Assembly (NCBI GenBank): GCA_937625935.1
Contig: OW569380.1
Location: 1 to 64,000 of the forward strand
Direction: 5' to 3'
Source: Tetramitus jugosus
Taxonomy: Eukaryota > Protista > Heterolobosea
DNA: 64,000 bases
Both the position numbers and the translations under genes were made by a program. How positions within the stretch are numbered: position 1 is the first letter of the stretch; each line of letters opens with the position of its first letter. The notes beneath the pieces were generated by a model that saw only the letters and a list, made by a program, of their open reading frames with translations, did no database searches and had not been told where the DNA came from. Shown one piece after another: positions 1-11,923 of the stretch.

Positions 1-1142
1 CCCCAAAACCCAACCCAAAACCCAAACCCAACCCCCCACCCCCCCCCCCCCCCCCCCCCCCCCACACCCCACCCCCAACCCACACCCAACCCCACCCACC
101 CCAACCCAAACCCACCCCCCCCCAACCCAAACCAACCCAAACCCAAACCCAAACCCAACCCAAACCCAAACCCAAACCCAAACCCAAACCCCAAACCCAA
201 ACCCAAACCCAAACCCAAACCCAAACCCAAACCCAAACCCAAACCCAAACCCCAAACCCAAACCCAAACCCAAACCCCAAACCCAAACCCAACCCAAACC
301 CAAACCCAAACCCAAACCCCAAACCCAAACCCAAACCCAAACCCAAACCCAAACCCAAACCCAAACCCAAACCCAAACCCAAACCCAAACCCAAACCCAA
401 ACCCAAACCCAAACCCAAACCCAAACCCAAACCCAAACCCAAACCCAAACCCAAACCCAAACCCAAACCCAAACCCAAACCCAAACCCAAACCCAAACCC
501 AAACCCAAACCCAAACCCAAACCCAAACCCAAACCCAAACCCAAACCCAAACCCAAACCCAAACCCAAACCCAAACCCAAACCCAAACCCAAACCCAAAC
601 CCAAACCCAAACCCAAACCCAAACCCAAACCCAAACCCAAACCCAAACCCAAACCCAAACCCAAACCCAAACCCAAACCCAAACCCAAACCCAAACCCAA
701 ACCCAAACCCAAACCCAAACCCAAACCCAAACCCAAACCCAAACCCAAACCCAAACCCAAACCCAAACCCAAACCCAAACCCAAACCCAAACCCAAACCC
801 AAACCCAAACCCAAACCCAAACCCAAACCCAAACCCAAACCCAAACCCAAACCCAAACCCAAACCCAAACCCAAACCCAAACCCAAACCCAAACCCAAAC
901 CCAAACCCAAACCCAAACCCAAACCCAAACCCAAACCCAAACCCAAACCCAAACCCAAACCCAAACCCAAACCCAAACCCAAACCCAAACCCAAACCCAA
1001 ACCCAAACCCAAACCCAAACCCAAACCCAAACCCAAACCCAAACCCAAACCCAAACCCAAACCCAAACCCAAACCCAAACCCAAACCCAAACCCAAACCC
1101 AAACCCAAACCCAAACCCAAACCCAAACCCAAACCCAAACCC
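1..1142 (-). repeat. Telomere, (CCCAAA)n on + / (TTTGGG)n on - strand
   Basis: ~1.1 kb of near-perfect CCCAAA hexamers at the contig start, with the C-rich strand on + as expected for a left chromosome end; first ~160 nt degenerate. Confidence 0.97.
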
Positions 1143-1340
1143 TTGAACCTCAATATCTCCGATCTGATAATAGACTCCAAAATCCATGCAACTCTTGTCC
1201 TATATGTCTTCTTTTTACTCCCTCAACCTATAAGCCACAACTCAACCGAACTAAATTTTTTTTTTCCACTAAACTGTAAATTTCAACGCTCTGATACCAA
1301 ATACAGCTAAATTCTCGGGTTTTCCTTAACAACAAGACAG

Positions 1341-1364
1341 ACCCAAACCCAAACCCAACCCAAA
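1341..1364. repeat. Interstitial telomeric tract
   Basis: acccaaacccaaacccaacccaaa, same orientation as the terminal array. Confidence 0.8.
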
Positions 1365-1860
1365 ATCCATTTTCTCATCAAAATCACAAAATCATCTCAA
1401 AATCAATTTTTATTCAGGAATACAATGTCCACCATTGTAATCTTGTTCTCACTTCCTTGATACTTCTTCCTAACACGTGTTACAACTTCCTCTCACTCAA
1501 TCATTCGCTACATGCATCTCTGCACTAGATGTCAAAACTCTCATTGTAATCCTAACAACACTCCTTCATCCATGTTGAACCTTCAAAAAGGAGTTTAAGT
1601 TCCTTCATCATTCTTTGTTACAAAATATTTCCTGCCGTGTCCTAAGTCTTTTCCTTTCCCCACGTTTCGGTTCAACTGAACAATGTCATTACCAGTCGAG
1701 AATGCATTCATCAGGCTATTGTATTCACCGACTAAGCATTACAAACAATTTATCAAGGACTTCAATCTTGCAGTTCAACCGTCTCGGTCACAATGTCTCT
1801 TCCTTCAGATGTTCGAACCTTTCTGATCTCAGTTCCAAGTTCCTCTGTAGAAATCTTGTT

Positions 1861-2119
1861 ATGCGGAACTATCTGGTTCCTCTTAGACATGTGTGCATTT
1901 AGGCGGAACCAGCTGGTTCCTCTGAGAAGGTCGTCTTACAGGCGGAACCAGATAGTTCCTCTGTAAAGTCGAAAATTTAGGCGGAACCAGATAGTTCCTC
2001 TGAAAAAAAGCTCTTTTAGGCGGAACTAGCTGGTTCCGCTTGTGAGTCCAATTTTTAGGCGGAACCAGATAGTTCCTCTCTAAAAAAGCTTTTCTAGGCC
2101 GAAATGGCTGGTTCCGCCT
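1861..2119. repeat. Subtelomeric 39-bp tandem array (7 units): ~23-bp palindromic core plus ~16-bp variable spacer
   Basis: Units start at 1861, 1901, 1940, 1979, 2018, 2057, 2096; core AGGCGGAACCAG(C/A)T(G/A)GTTCC(T/G)CT; GGAACCAGCTGGTTCC is a perfect palindrome. Confidence 0.92.
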
Positions 2120-2338
2120 ATTTTTTCGAAACTCATCAGTCAATAGCTCATAGAGATTTGGGTTTTCTGAGTTCAAAACCCAACTCCATATCACAGTTTG
2201 GGGGATAGTTCAGAATCTATAATGAAGTTTTCCACACAAAGCTTAAGTTGAGTATTTCAGACCATAAAGAATACAAAAACAACCTTTACAACGTACAGTT
2301 GACTGCATTCAGCCAGTCTTGGCTAGCCGATATGTGAC

Positions 2339-2355
2339 AACCCAAACCCAAACCC
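2339..2355. repeat. Interstitial telomeric tract
   Basis: aacccaaacccaaaccc. Confidence 0.7.
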
Positions 2356-3278
2356 TACCTAACTTCCATGTGTAACCAGATCTAATGCGTACAGAGTTTG
2401 AGGGAGAATTGAAAAGAGAACTCTGCCTATTTATTGATTATGCTATCAACACTGGTAACTGGTTCTCTCATACAGATATCAATAGATTAAATGAGCTTGA
2501 TTTTTCGCTCATAGCATAAGAAACTAGTTCCAGATGGAATATCAGATAAGTTCTGCAAGAGTGTTAGCTCTAATGAGCTCACTTCGAGCCAAATTTATTC
2601 TCTCTCAAGTTTGATGCCCTATTTATGTACGGATTTGCCATGCTGGGATGAAATATGTGACAGTGTACATTACAAATCACTCGTCAAGCATTTGAAATAT
2701 CTGGAAGTAGCATTGTAATGGGCCGAAAATGATCTGGACAAGTTAGATTGCTGGATGAGCATGCAGCTCTATGGATTGAAGCTTATGTCCAAAATCATTC
2801 TATAGGTTCCACTTCACAGAGGCTATAAGATCATTTGGACCACAAGTGGGATTTATTGTATGAGGTATGAGGTAAAGCATCAAGAAATGAAACGCTTGGT
2901 GAAGAACAGCAACAACTATAATGATGCCAAGTGCATCCTGATCAAGGTATTGAAGCATCTGGCATCAGAAGATCATGAATCTGAAGTGAATGTGAAAGAT
3001 CCTACTACAATTCTACCAAGAACCATCCAATCATTATTCTCAGATTGTCAGAGATCATCTAACACCAAAGTAACAGTATTCAAAGCAGTTTCGTATCGAT
3101 CTATTGGTGATCTAGTTGCTACGGCAACTGGTTATGGTAGAGTTCATACCTCGAAAATTGTTTTCCCTTCCGACATGACCCTGCAAATTGGCATTTTGTA
3201 AATTACAGCTTCAATATGATGTAGATGACCCAGTCGTCAAAAAAGAAAGAGCATCCATCATTTATCAAATACATCTAC

Positions 3279-4990
3279 TCAAAGCTTGATCATGTAGTTT
3301 TCAATGCCTAGACCACCTACATCGGCCAGTTCAAAAGTTGAAACGCGTATAAGTTTGTAGCGAGTGTATTCAGCAGTATCAATGAACCGAGTAAATGTGT
3401 CCGCAATGTTGGACATGGTCTCATTGTACAGCGATTTTAGAGGTGCCTCGGCCTCGAAAGCAGACAAATGAGTATCCTTTTGCCGATCGAATCATTTTCT
3501 TTATTCTGTTTGGCACATTGCACTCGTAGGTAGAACCAGACTCAAGGAACTCTGAATAAATGTCATTCATCATCTCAACTCTCTGTTGAGTGAACATGAT
3601 CATAGTATTAGAACGAACACTCAATAACAGTTTCACAAGGGGATAGTGAAGAAGATGACTCACTGTGGATTATAGCCATTCTGAACTTTTGCAGGGCACT
3701 CATATTCTCCCTCCCTTTACCAATTACCATTCTCGATCCCGGGTCCACCATTGTACCCAAGGAACAGTTTTCTTGTACAATTCTGCTGTATTGAACATTA
3801 ACAGCACTTGTTCTTGATCGGGCTCAGAACAAATTCATGCTACCGCAGTGTCAGAAATGCAGTTCTTCTATCTGGACGACAAACAATTCTGGCTATTCTG
3901 TTACAAGATCTCATCCAATGTACATAGCAACCCTCAATAAGTTCATAGCAGTTGACTCTGCTTCTTCACCCAGAAGCTTAGTTACGCATTCAACAAAACC
4001 AGTTGCTTGAGCTGTGGAGAAATCTACAAGAACTCCTTTCAATTTGAGGTACACGTTCAAGTCAATTCCACAGTCTCTCTCCAGAGCAAGAAAGAAGTAC
4101 ATGAATGACATCTTGTACGACTGAGCGTTCATGCGATCGACACGAGTTCTGGATACCATCACTGATCTTTGAATGTTCTCATAGACTGCTATAATCATTG
4201 GCCCCATGCTTAACTCAACAACAATGTAGTCTGCATTATATGCCAATACTGATTGAAAGAAACTCTGAGAGTGTATGAGGATTCCTTCATCATCAATATG
4301 TAGTACGCGGAGGTACGGCATCAGCATCAAAACCACTTTAGTCCCATGTACCTCCTGATCTTGATAACTACCCTGAACTCTTTTCAACAAATTCAGTTCC
4401 ACCTTTGGCAATACAAAAGTGTCCAATTTACCTTCAAAATGTTGCTGCAATAGGCGAGAGTGAATGGCAATTCGACCGGTAATCTTTAACGTTGACAAGG
4501 ATATGGTACATAGGGGAGGAGACTGTAAATTTAAAGTTCCATGACAGGTAATTCTACGCTTGTCGCTGGGCTTAGTGACTTGACAACCAGGCTCAGAGCA
4601 TTCATGGCTTCCGTTACAAGTCGAGCTTCTCTTGGTCCATTTTTCATTCATGAATTGGAACTTTTTGTCCTCGCTGTACCTCTTGGTGCTATACTGGATT
4701 ATATCCCAAATATCTTTTTCTTCTCCCTCTTTGACATTAATCTGATAAAGTTTACCTGTAATTGGGTAATGTATTTCAGAGTTATCTTGAACAACATGGG
4801 GTTGTAGAAGGTGGAGTGCTTTACTGAGTTTAACATAGTTCCCTCTCTTCGATCGAGATGCTTTGGTTCTAGGTTGTTGATTTGTCGCTACAACTGAGGG
4901 ATGATTCAAGGAGAGAGATACTATTTCTGCTGGAGATATGTTTACGGTCCTATTGGTACCGTTGGGACTAGTTATGTTGACTTGATACAT
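3279..4990 (-). pseudogene. Degraded Mutator-like (MULE-type) DDE transposase
   Basis: VLVDFSTAQATGF motif; correcting a frameshift near 3930 restores LLRGCYVHWMRS (CxxH motif); downstream fragment VPWVQWW; several frameshifts and stops. Confidence 0.6.
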
Positions 4991-5321
4991 ACGTTGATGA
5001 GGAGTGAGTGTTTTGTTTTGTTTTGTTTTGTACCGGTTGAGTGAAAACTCTCTGTAACGGTTTTTACGTCGGAGCAAAATATTTACGACTCGTAAAAAGT
5101 CCGATTTTTATGTCGTCGTAAAAAATTTACATTTTTACATATGTGGTACCTCGGCCTCCTTGACGCTTTACTTTTCGTATTTTAAAGTGTCAAAATGACA
5201 TGTGACAGCATTCTTTGTTCAGAACAATCATGATCAATGGATGTGAATCGATTGAGAATTTATTACACACCCAGATTATATTTACAGTAATGGATCACCA
5301 AAAAATTAATATACAACAACC

Positions 5322-6836
5322 CTATTTCATCAAGCAAATATCACCGTTCTCTGCAACTTCACATGATGTACATCTCACTTGCTGTGCAATTCTGTTGCTG
5401 GTTGAGATTGGCTGATGGGAACGACAATCATTTCTGTACACTGTCACTCCCTTACAATTTGCCTTGTATGCCTCCACATAGGCATCGAAAACTTGTTGTA
5501 CAGTGACGTTATTGGACATGTTAATGGTCTTTGAAATGGCTTGCTCAATATTCTTTTGCCAAATTGATTGCATTCTGATATGATCAGAAATGGGAAGGGA
5601 GTTGGCTTGAGTAAACATTGGCTCGATAGCGTATCCTTCATTGCCTAGAACTGAAGTAATACCACCGGTCGGTTGCACACAAGTCAACGAAATGTTTCTA
5701 TAATCTTTTCTGTACATGCAAAATCCCTTCTCCTTGGCCAACTCTCTGCTCGCTTCTCTGGCTTTATCCGTAATAAAGAACGAAACCTTGCCGGCGAGTT
5801 GAAACGCTTCTTCAGAATTGTATGAAACGCTCATCTTTTTCAACAGATCAGCCCATCCACTGATACCTAATCCTATCCTTCTGCACTGTAATGACACCTC
5901 CTTCATCAACGGGTCAGGTATGTCCAAAAGATCGACGACATTGTCAAGAAATCTGACTCCATACTTAGCCACTTGTCCTAGTCTCTCCCAGTTCATTGAC
6001 ATAGTTTCGGTGTTATACAAGGAGGGAGCATTCAAGTTGATTACTCCCAAGTTGCACGTTTCATTGTCATGAAGAAATTGTTCCCCGCATGGAACAGATG
6101 CCTTTACAGTGCCCAAGCATCGTGTTGCTAGCTCAGATGAATTTTGAACTCTATCAATGAAGACTACACCAGGATCACCACACCTCCATGCCAGACTGGA
6201 AATATACATGAGCCAATCCTTGGCCGATTTCATAGTATTACCCCAGTAACATTCTGATGATGGCACCAGCACTTGCTTCATAAACTCGTCAGTGATGGCC
6301 ACAGAAATGTTAAAGTTATACAAAACGGTTGAGTTGAGCTCGGAGTTGTCGGCCTTATACGAAATGGTCTCCTGAAACTTTGGATGATCGAGCGAAATGA
6401 TTGCCATGTTTCCTCTCTTCGGTCTGTTCAGTAATACGATCGAATCATTCAATTGTGATAGCTGCTCGAGTGTTTGAACAGGATCAGTCGTATTCAAGCT
6501 AAAACCGATTCCAATGGCATTCTCCCATAATACAGTGGACCTTGACTTGACTTGTTCCAAGTTTTCGTCATTTACCTCTCCAATGACACTACAGTTCGGC
6601 TGAAGCTTTCTGTTCGGACCAGATCCTGCCAGTGTGTTACCAGAAGGTATAAATTCTTTCGATATCATCATCTGATAAAATTCTTGTTTCCATAGTGCCT
6701 GTAGAACTGTGTTGACTTCATTTTGTGATACACGATGACTCACTTTCTCACAAAGGTTCCTAAAATCATTGAATTGATACTTCAGCTGGTGATATTTTTG
6801 TTCTGCTGGACAGGTTGCTGCTTGCTGTGTTGACAT
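5322..6836 (-). CDS. nrdJ: Ribonucleotide reductase, class II (adenosylcobalamin-dependent, NrdJ-like), minimal form
   Basis: PNCSV, NFNISV, GDPGVVFIDR, PCGE, ETCNLG, RRIGLG, PTGG, AISKTIN, GVTVYR (no class I YY dyad), C-terminal CxxC; first ATG at 6836. Confidence 0.85.
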   Translation of the reverse strand: MSTQQAATCPAEQKYHQLKYQFNDFRNLCEKVSHRVSQNEVNTVLQALWKQEFYQMMISKEFIPSGNTLAGSGPNRKLQPNCSVIGEVNDENLEQVKSRSTVLWENAIGIGFSLNTTDPVQTLEQLSQLNDSIVLLNRPKRGNMAIISLDHPKFQETISYKADNSELNSTVLYNFNISVAITDEFMKQVLVPSSECYWGNTMKSAKDWLMYISSLAWRCGDPGVVFIDRVQNSSELATRCLGTVKASVPCGEQFLHDNETCNLGVINLNAPSLYNTETMSMNWERLGQVAKYGVRFLDNVVDLLDIPDPLMKEVSLQCRRIGLGISGWADLLKKMSVSYNSEEAFQLAGKVSFFITDKAREASRELAKEKGFCMYRKDYRNISLTCVQPTGGITSVLGNEGYAIEPMFTQANSLPISDHIRMQSIWQKNIEQAISKTINMSNNVTVQQVFDAYVEAYKANCKGVTVYRNDCRSHQPISTSNRIAQQVRCTSCEVAENGDICLMK

Positions 6837-8267
6837 CAAATTTATTAGTTGTTTTCAGGGTACCTCAGAGGTTGGTTGTTGCCTTGTTTTTTGTAGAAAA
6901 GTGTTGAAAATGTCAACACCAGGATAACATTCTTTTTGAAGGACCCTCCTTCCCCTTCAAAAAGAATACGATGACAAAAATAGAAACAATCGGACATAAA
7001 AAATTAGTGCGTATGTGACACAAACAAGCGAACAAAAAAATGGCCATCACTCCAACCTCATACACATCAATCATTGGATCCCTTCTCCGGAAAATTAATC
7101 CGATTGGTGAAGAAATTCATTGGGAACGAATATCTTGATAGATATCAGAAAGTTTTATCAACGATTTCGTCATAGTAAGAGTGAAGATTATTGTCTGTGT
7201 AGTTTTCCATTGAAGAGAGTTGAGAACGCCCCTACTAGAAAACACACCTTACACCTTGACCCAGTAATTGTAGGTTAATGAATAGATCATTGGCCAGAAC
7301 ATTCAATGTACCCAATGTAGTATTGCCAGTGTCATCCACTAGACTTTCATAGACATCGAATGAAATTGTTTTGTATGGATCCATCAGATTGATCAATGAA
7401 GGCAATTACTAATTCGTCCAAACAACGTGAGCCAGTGCATCGATCAACAAGTTGATCTATCCGTAAACTGTTAAGCCCTTATTGCATTTGCTATGGATCT
7501 ACCACTCAACACAAGAAGAAATACTGCAAGAGAGATAGCTGCTATTAGATTGACCGAGACTATTCCAGAGAGTTTATATCCAATAGGAATACAAGTAGAC
7601 CGTGAAGGCCTTTTGCTTTTGATGTTAGTAAATCAGCGTTGATGTACTTCAAAGTCTGTCTGAATTCAATAACGCCACGATTAACATGATATGTTGAGTT
7701 TGAATGACTTGTCTGCTTTTATTGTCGAAATCCAATCCACTCTAAGTTGTCCATTATAAACACAAGGGCAAAAATGATCGACTTTCGATCCACCATCAAT
7801 CGAAGTAAGTTCTTGTGAATCTGTACAATCTGGTATCAACTGGAGTCTTTACCTTAGGAATACCCAGAACCTGTCCATCAACGTATTGATGTGAACGGAT
7901 TTGGAGTTGTAGATGTCAGAGATCGTTTTCAAAAGATAAAGTTACAATGATCTGCTCCAGCACTTCCACAGAAACCAGTATCCAAATTCATTCGTTTGAT
8001 CATACTATGACGACCAATCCGTGGGATTGGTTTCGCAGTGTTCTGTACAACAATGTACTTCGAAACAAGACGTTTGTGCTTAAACTAAAGAACATAGAAG
8101 AGATTGGATCATATGAAAGACGACACTGACCTTTGTACTCTGAACAATCTACGGTACAACGTAAACTGAAGGAGGAGAGGGTTTCTGGACCCTTCTTAGT
8201 GATTCCTTTTGACTTCTGTGATGGCTTCTCCTGTTCCGGCTTCGACCAAACTAAATTGGAAACCCAG

Positions 8268-8794
8268 TCAAGATTCGGTTTTTGAAGACACGAGTCCAAT
8301 GGGCACTTGAAGGGTTTTCATCGCATGTCCTCCTTCTACATTTATTACAACAGTTACATCTCCAGTAGTCTTCTGCTGCAGTAAACAAACATAACCTGGT
8401 GGAAGAACACCTTCACCTCCAGCTGCATCAAAAGGTTTTCCCCACCCGAAATCCATATCTTCACCTTGTAAATCAAATCGACACCAATTGGTAAACGCCA
8501 AATCGGCGGTCCAAACAATGCGACCAGACCTGAGATCCATGTATCGGAACAACCTTCCAAAGCAGATGTTTCTGCTGCTGAGAAAACAAGTGAATTTTCA
8601 GCAACAGAAGCTGTTGGCACAGAACTTAGTACTGCATAGCCTTTTGGAGCTGGTGGTGGGAACACAGCTTGCGATGTTGAGTTGTTGTTCTCAGTGACAA
8701 ATCGCCCAGGAGTGAGACCAGTCCTGCGGAATCGTTTCATTATCAATCGTTTCACCACGGCTACCGTTCCGCAAGAGAACTGAGTCACTTTCAC
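8268..8794 (-). pseudogene. BAHD-type acyltransferase remnant
   Basis: DFGWGKP motif in one frame and VTQFSCG motif in another; HxxxD region missing. Confidence 0.7.
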
Positions 8795-9450
8795 TTCAAA
8801 TGCGCTGCATGGTGTGGGTAATTTGAAGGTGTCTCACCAAATAAATCTCAATCTTCACCCTTTCGTCCAAAGCTTGATATTGAAATTTCTCCGTGAAGTG
8901 AGGTAATCATCGTTGAATGATTTGGTTTTCACATTGTCCACACAAATGGTCCCACAACTGCCACTAGCAACAGACTTGGAACGATGAGAGTGAGTAGAAT
9001 ATACAAGTACTTCCACCTTAGATTTGTTACTTTGGTTCTCACTTCTTCCAGAAAGGATGACACCGTTGTTAGACAACCACTATATGTATACAACAGAATC
9101 GCAGCTTCAGCCTGACGAACAACATTTCAACAATCAGTTTTAGTCACTTAGAATTGTTGTCGAGAATGTTTTGCTCGATTAAGCAGTAGCTGGAGCCCTC
9201 ATAATCCAAAGTTATTGCTTCTTGTTGCTCATTCTTGTGGATAGTTGTGAATCATGATCTTGCCTGATTCGAGGACAGGAAAACAAGTGTGGTCAAATCT
9301 CTCTTTACCATTGCCTTCGAAAAAAAACGTGTATCGATGAATCGGCTTGTTGGCAATGTTCAGCCATCGAAGCAAAGGAAAACGTCATAGGAGTTGAAGA
9401 CGTGAATCTTTCTCTCGGGTCCAATGGTCTGATGGGTAATGGGTCAATGA

Positions 9451-9690
9451 ATGAAAGATCCCAATCATGTTGGCTATGTCCATTGCATGGCGGGTGTTTC
9501 GAGATCTGCCACAGTAGTGAGGCATGCTGCTGGAGGCATACACAACGGTCGAATCCAAACGATCCATTGTCCAACATTGGTTTTTGGAAACAACTCGTCT
9601 ATACTTCTCTGGAATTTATGCTTTGGAACCTTGTACCAATTCTTTGGAGAGTTTGGTCAGAAAAACAGGAAGAGAACAGTCACATCGTAA
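9451..9690 (+). pseudogene. Dual-specificity phosphatase remnant
   Basis: VHCMAGVSRSATVV active-site loop followed by frameshifted PN motif; no intact N-terminus. Confidence 0.75.
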
Positions 9691-10009
9691 CTGAAGTTGA
9701 TGTCTTCTTTGAGTCTGTCAGGAATGATTTCATCTGATCAGATTGAAGATCAAAAGGGTTCAAAGGGGTTCTTTTTTTTCCCGAACCATAGCTGATATCT
9801 AAAAAATGTTGTATCTCAAGATTTACCGTAAAAAGATGATTTTTGAAACGACCAATAAAGAGACGTGAATCGTCCCAGAAAATTTCGGACAATTCAACAG
9901 AAATGTGACAGTGGAAAGATTCTCATTGCCTATCAAAGGAAACAACCCAACAACAGAAAGTGAACTGTTGAAAAAAAGAAACAAACACTTTACCTAGCAG
10001 CAACAACAA

Positions 10010-10888
10010 ATGGTTTCCCGTTTCAAATTATTGATCATCTTTGTCGTTATCCTTCTGGTCAGCTACCATATCATCATCACAACAATGGTGATTCCCAACA
10101 GAGAGAAACATCCCGTTCGTGAAACAGTTCGTGAACCTGTTCGTGAACCGTTTTTATCGACGGAAGCCACAAAGCAGAGAGTGGTCACAGTTGATCGACA
10201 ACAAAAACAACCAGAAAAGTACATTTTTTATGGACAAGTCAAGGAAGATCAATTGATGCTAAAGTACTTTATGAAGGAGGATGGAACTCTATTGCATCAT
10301 GGCACATTTATTGAGATTGGAGCCTTAGATGGTGTCACATACTCCAACTCCAAATTCTATGAGGATTCATTGGGTTGGAACGGTTTGTTGATTGAACCAC
10401 AACCAGACACTTTTGCAAGGCTTCAACGCAATCGACCAAAGGCTGTTACCGCTCGAGGAGCAGTGTGTTTACAAGAGAGAACGATTGAGATGATTGGCCA
10501 TGGAGCGATGGCAGGCAGGAAGGATACATTGGACTCTCACCATCAGAAAGTTTGGAAAGAAGAAAAGACTTGGACACTTGAGTGCAGCCCCATTCGAAAG
10601 TATGTTGAAGCAGCCAACTTGAAGAGAGTGGACTTTTTCTCAGTCGATGTCGAGGGTGCAGAGTATGAAGTTTTGGCCACATATCCATATGACTCTGTTC
10701 CTGTCTATGCCATTTTGATTGAATTGAATGGAAGAGAAGGATCGAAAGAAAAGGATGAGCAATGTCGTCAATTGTTACGAGAGAAAGGCTTTATTTACTT
10801 GGAAAAGTTTGGTCATGGAGGTTTCAATGAAGTTTGGGTCAACCCGAACAATAAGAGACCTGAATTGCGAAGCATGACTGTGCGATAA
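10010..10888 (+). CDS. FkbM-family (Methyltransf_21) SAM methyltransferase with N-terminal signal anchor
   Basis: FIEIGALDG, SNS, GWNGLLIEP, VDFFSVDVEGAE; hydrophobic N-terminus. Confidence 0.9.
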   Translation: MVSRFKLLIIFVVILLVSYHIIITTMVIPNREKHPVRETVREPVREPFLSTEATKQRVVTVDRQQKQPEKYIFYGQVKEDQLMLKYFMKEDGTLLHHGTFIEIGALDGVTYSNSKFYEDSLGWNGLLIEPQPDTFARLQRNRPKAVTARGAVCLQERTIEMIGHGAMAGRKDTLDSHHQKVWKEEKTWTLECSPIRKYVEAANLKRVDFFSVDVEGAEYEVLATYPYDSVPVYAILIELNGREGSKEKDEQCRQLLREKGFIYLEKFGHGGFNEVWVNPNNKRPELRSMTVR

Positions 10889-10934
10889 ATACAGTCTTCT
10901 CATCACTGGACATAAGTTCTCTTGTGCTGACATA

Positions 10935-11340
10935 TCAATACAGTTCATGTGTCACAGTAATCGCATACCTACGATCATAACTTTGATAGCTATCAACTTG
11001 ATACGATTCATACAAGTTACGGTCGTTGGCATTTCGAAGCGATGCCATGACAGCAGACCAACAACCTCTTTTATTGCCACCTCTGTTTCCTCTTTGTTTG
11101 TTTCCACCTCTGGAACGACCTCTTGTAGATGTGCTAGCAGCAGAAGCAGGCAATTTATGCACTGTAATCTTGATATCCAATCCATGGAACACTTGAGTAA
11201 TAATGTTCTTGACTAGATCTCACTGTAATTGATCCAATCCACATCCGATCACAGGCATGCTCAATCGATGAACATCGCTAGCAATCATGTGATCCCTCAT
11301 CATTGTGAGACTTGACTCCAATGCTTGATACTGGTAGGCA
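10935..11340 (-). pseudogene. TARG1/OARD1-type macrodomain remnant
   Basis: Manual translation YQALESSLTMMRDHMIASDVHRLSMPVIGCGLDQLQ*DLVKNIITQVFHGLDIKITVHKL matches the OARD1 C-terminus; TGA at the conserved Trp (11220-11222); N-terminal half not found. Confidence 0.8.
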
Positions 11341-11923
11341 AATCTGTTGTTATCCTCATAATTTTACACCAGTTGATGACTCATGAGCTGGCCCAGAGTG
11401 GCATACGGGGTCAACAAGGAAATGACAGAGCGCATCTATCTCGCGATTAGAAACAAAACTACATCAAAAGTATCGATGATTCACTGAACTGTGTGCCTTC
11501 TGCGCACATATCAGTTAAAAATCTTCCGTCTCATCAGCTTCTGTAATTATAAGAAGCATTGCATTGTCCATCTGTAGTAGTAGTAGTTCTGTCATTGCAT
11601 CAGTCGGTGCTCCTTGGGTTACTACTTCTATAAGAAGTACTCTAACACTCGATATCAGATGGACAATGAAATGACTCAAAATGATGGAGATTTTTAACTT
11701 TAAAGACTACACGTATTAATAAAAACAATCCGATAGTTTGAACGTTAGCATAAATGCCTCGTCATTTAATTTGTGACGTGCATGAATGGGACAATCAAAT
11801 TCTTACTGTCCCTATTTACGGTCTAGCGAACCTACAGCCAAGGGAACGGGCTTGGGTTAGTCAGCGGGTTTGGCCAAAAAACCAAACCAACAATATCCAA
11901 TAACTGCCATAAACAATCCACCA

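Noticed and set aside
1-160. Variant telomere repeats / poly-C as a biological signal
   Set aside because: Contig-edge sequence with low consensus support is the simpler explanation.
1861-2119. True CRISPR array
   Set aside because: Eukaryotic subtelomere, no cas genes, 16-nt partly related spacers and degenerate repeats.
1883-2194. 103-aa ORF with RNYLVPP repeats
   Set aside because: Expected by-product of a 39-bp (multiple of 3) DNA repeat; no ATG start.
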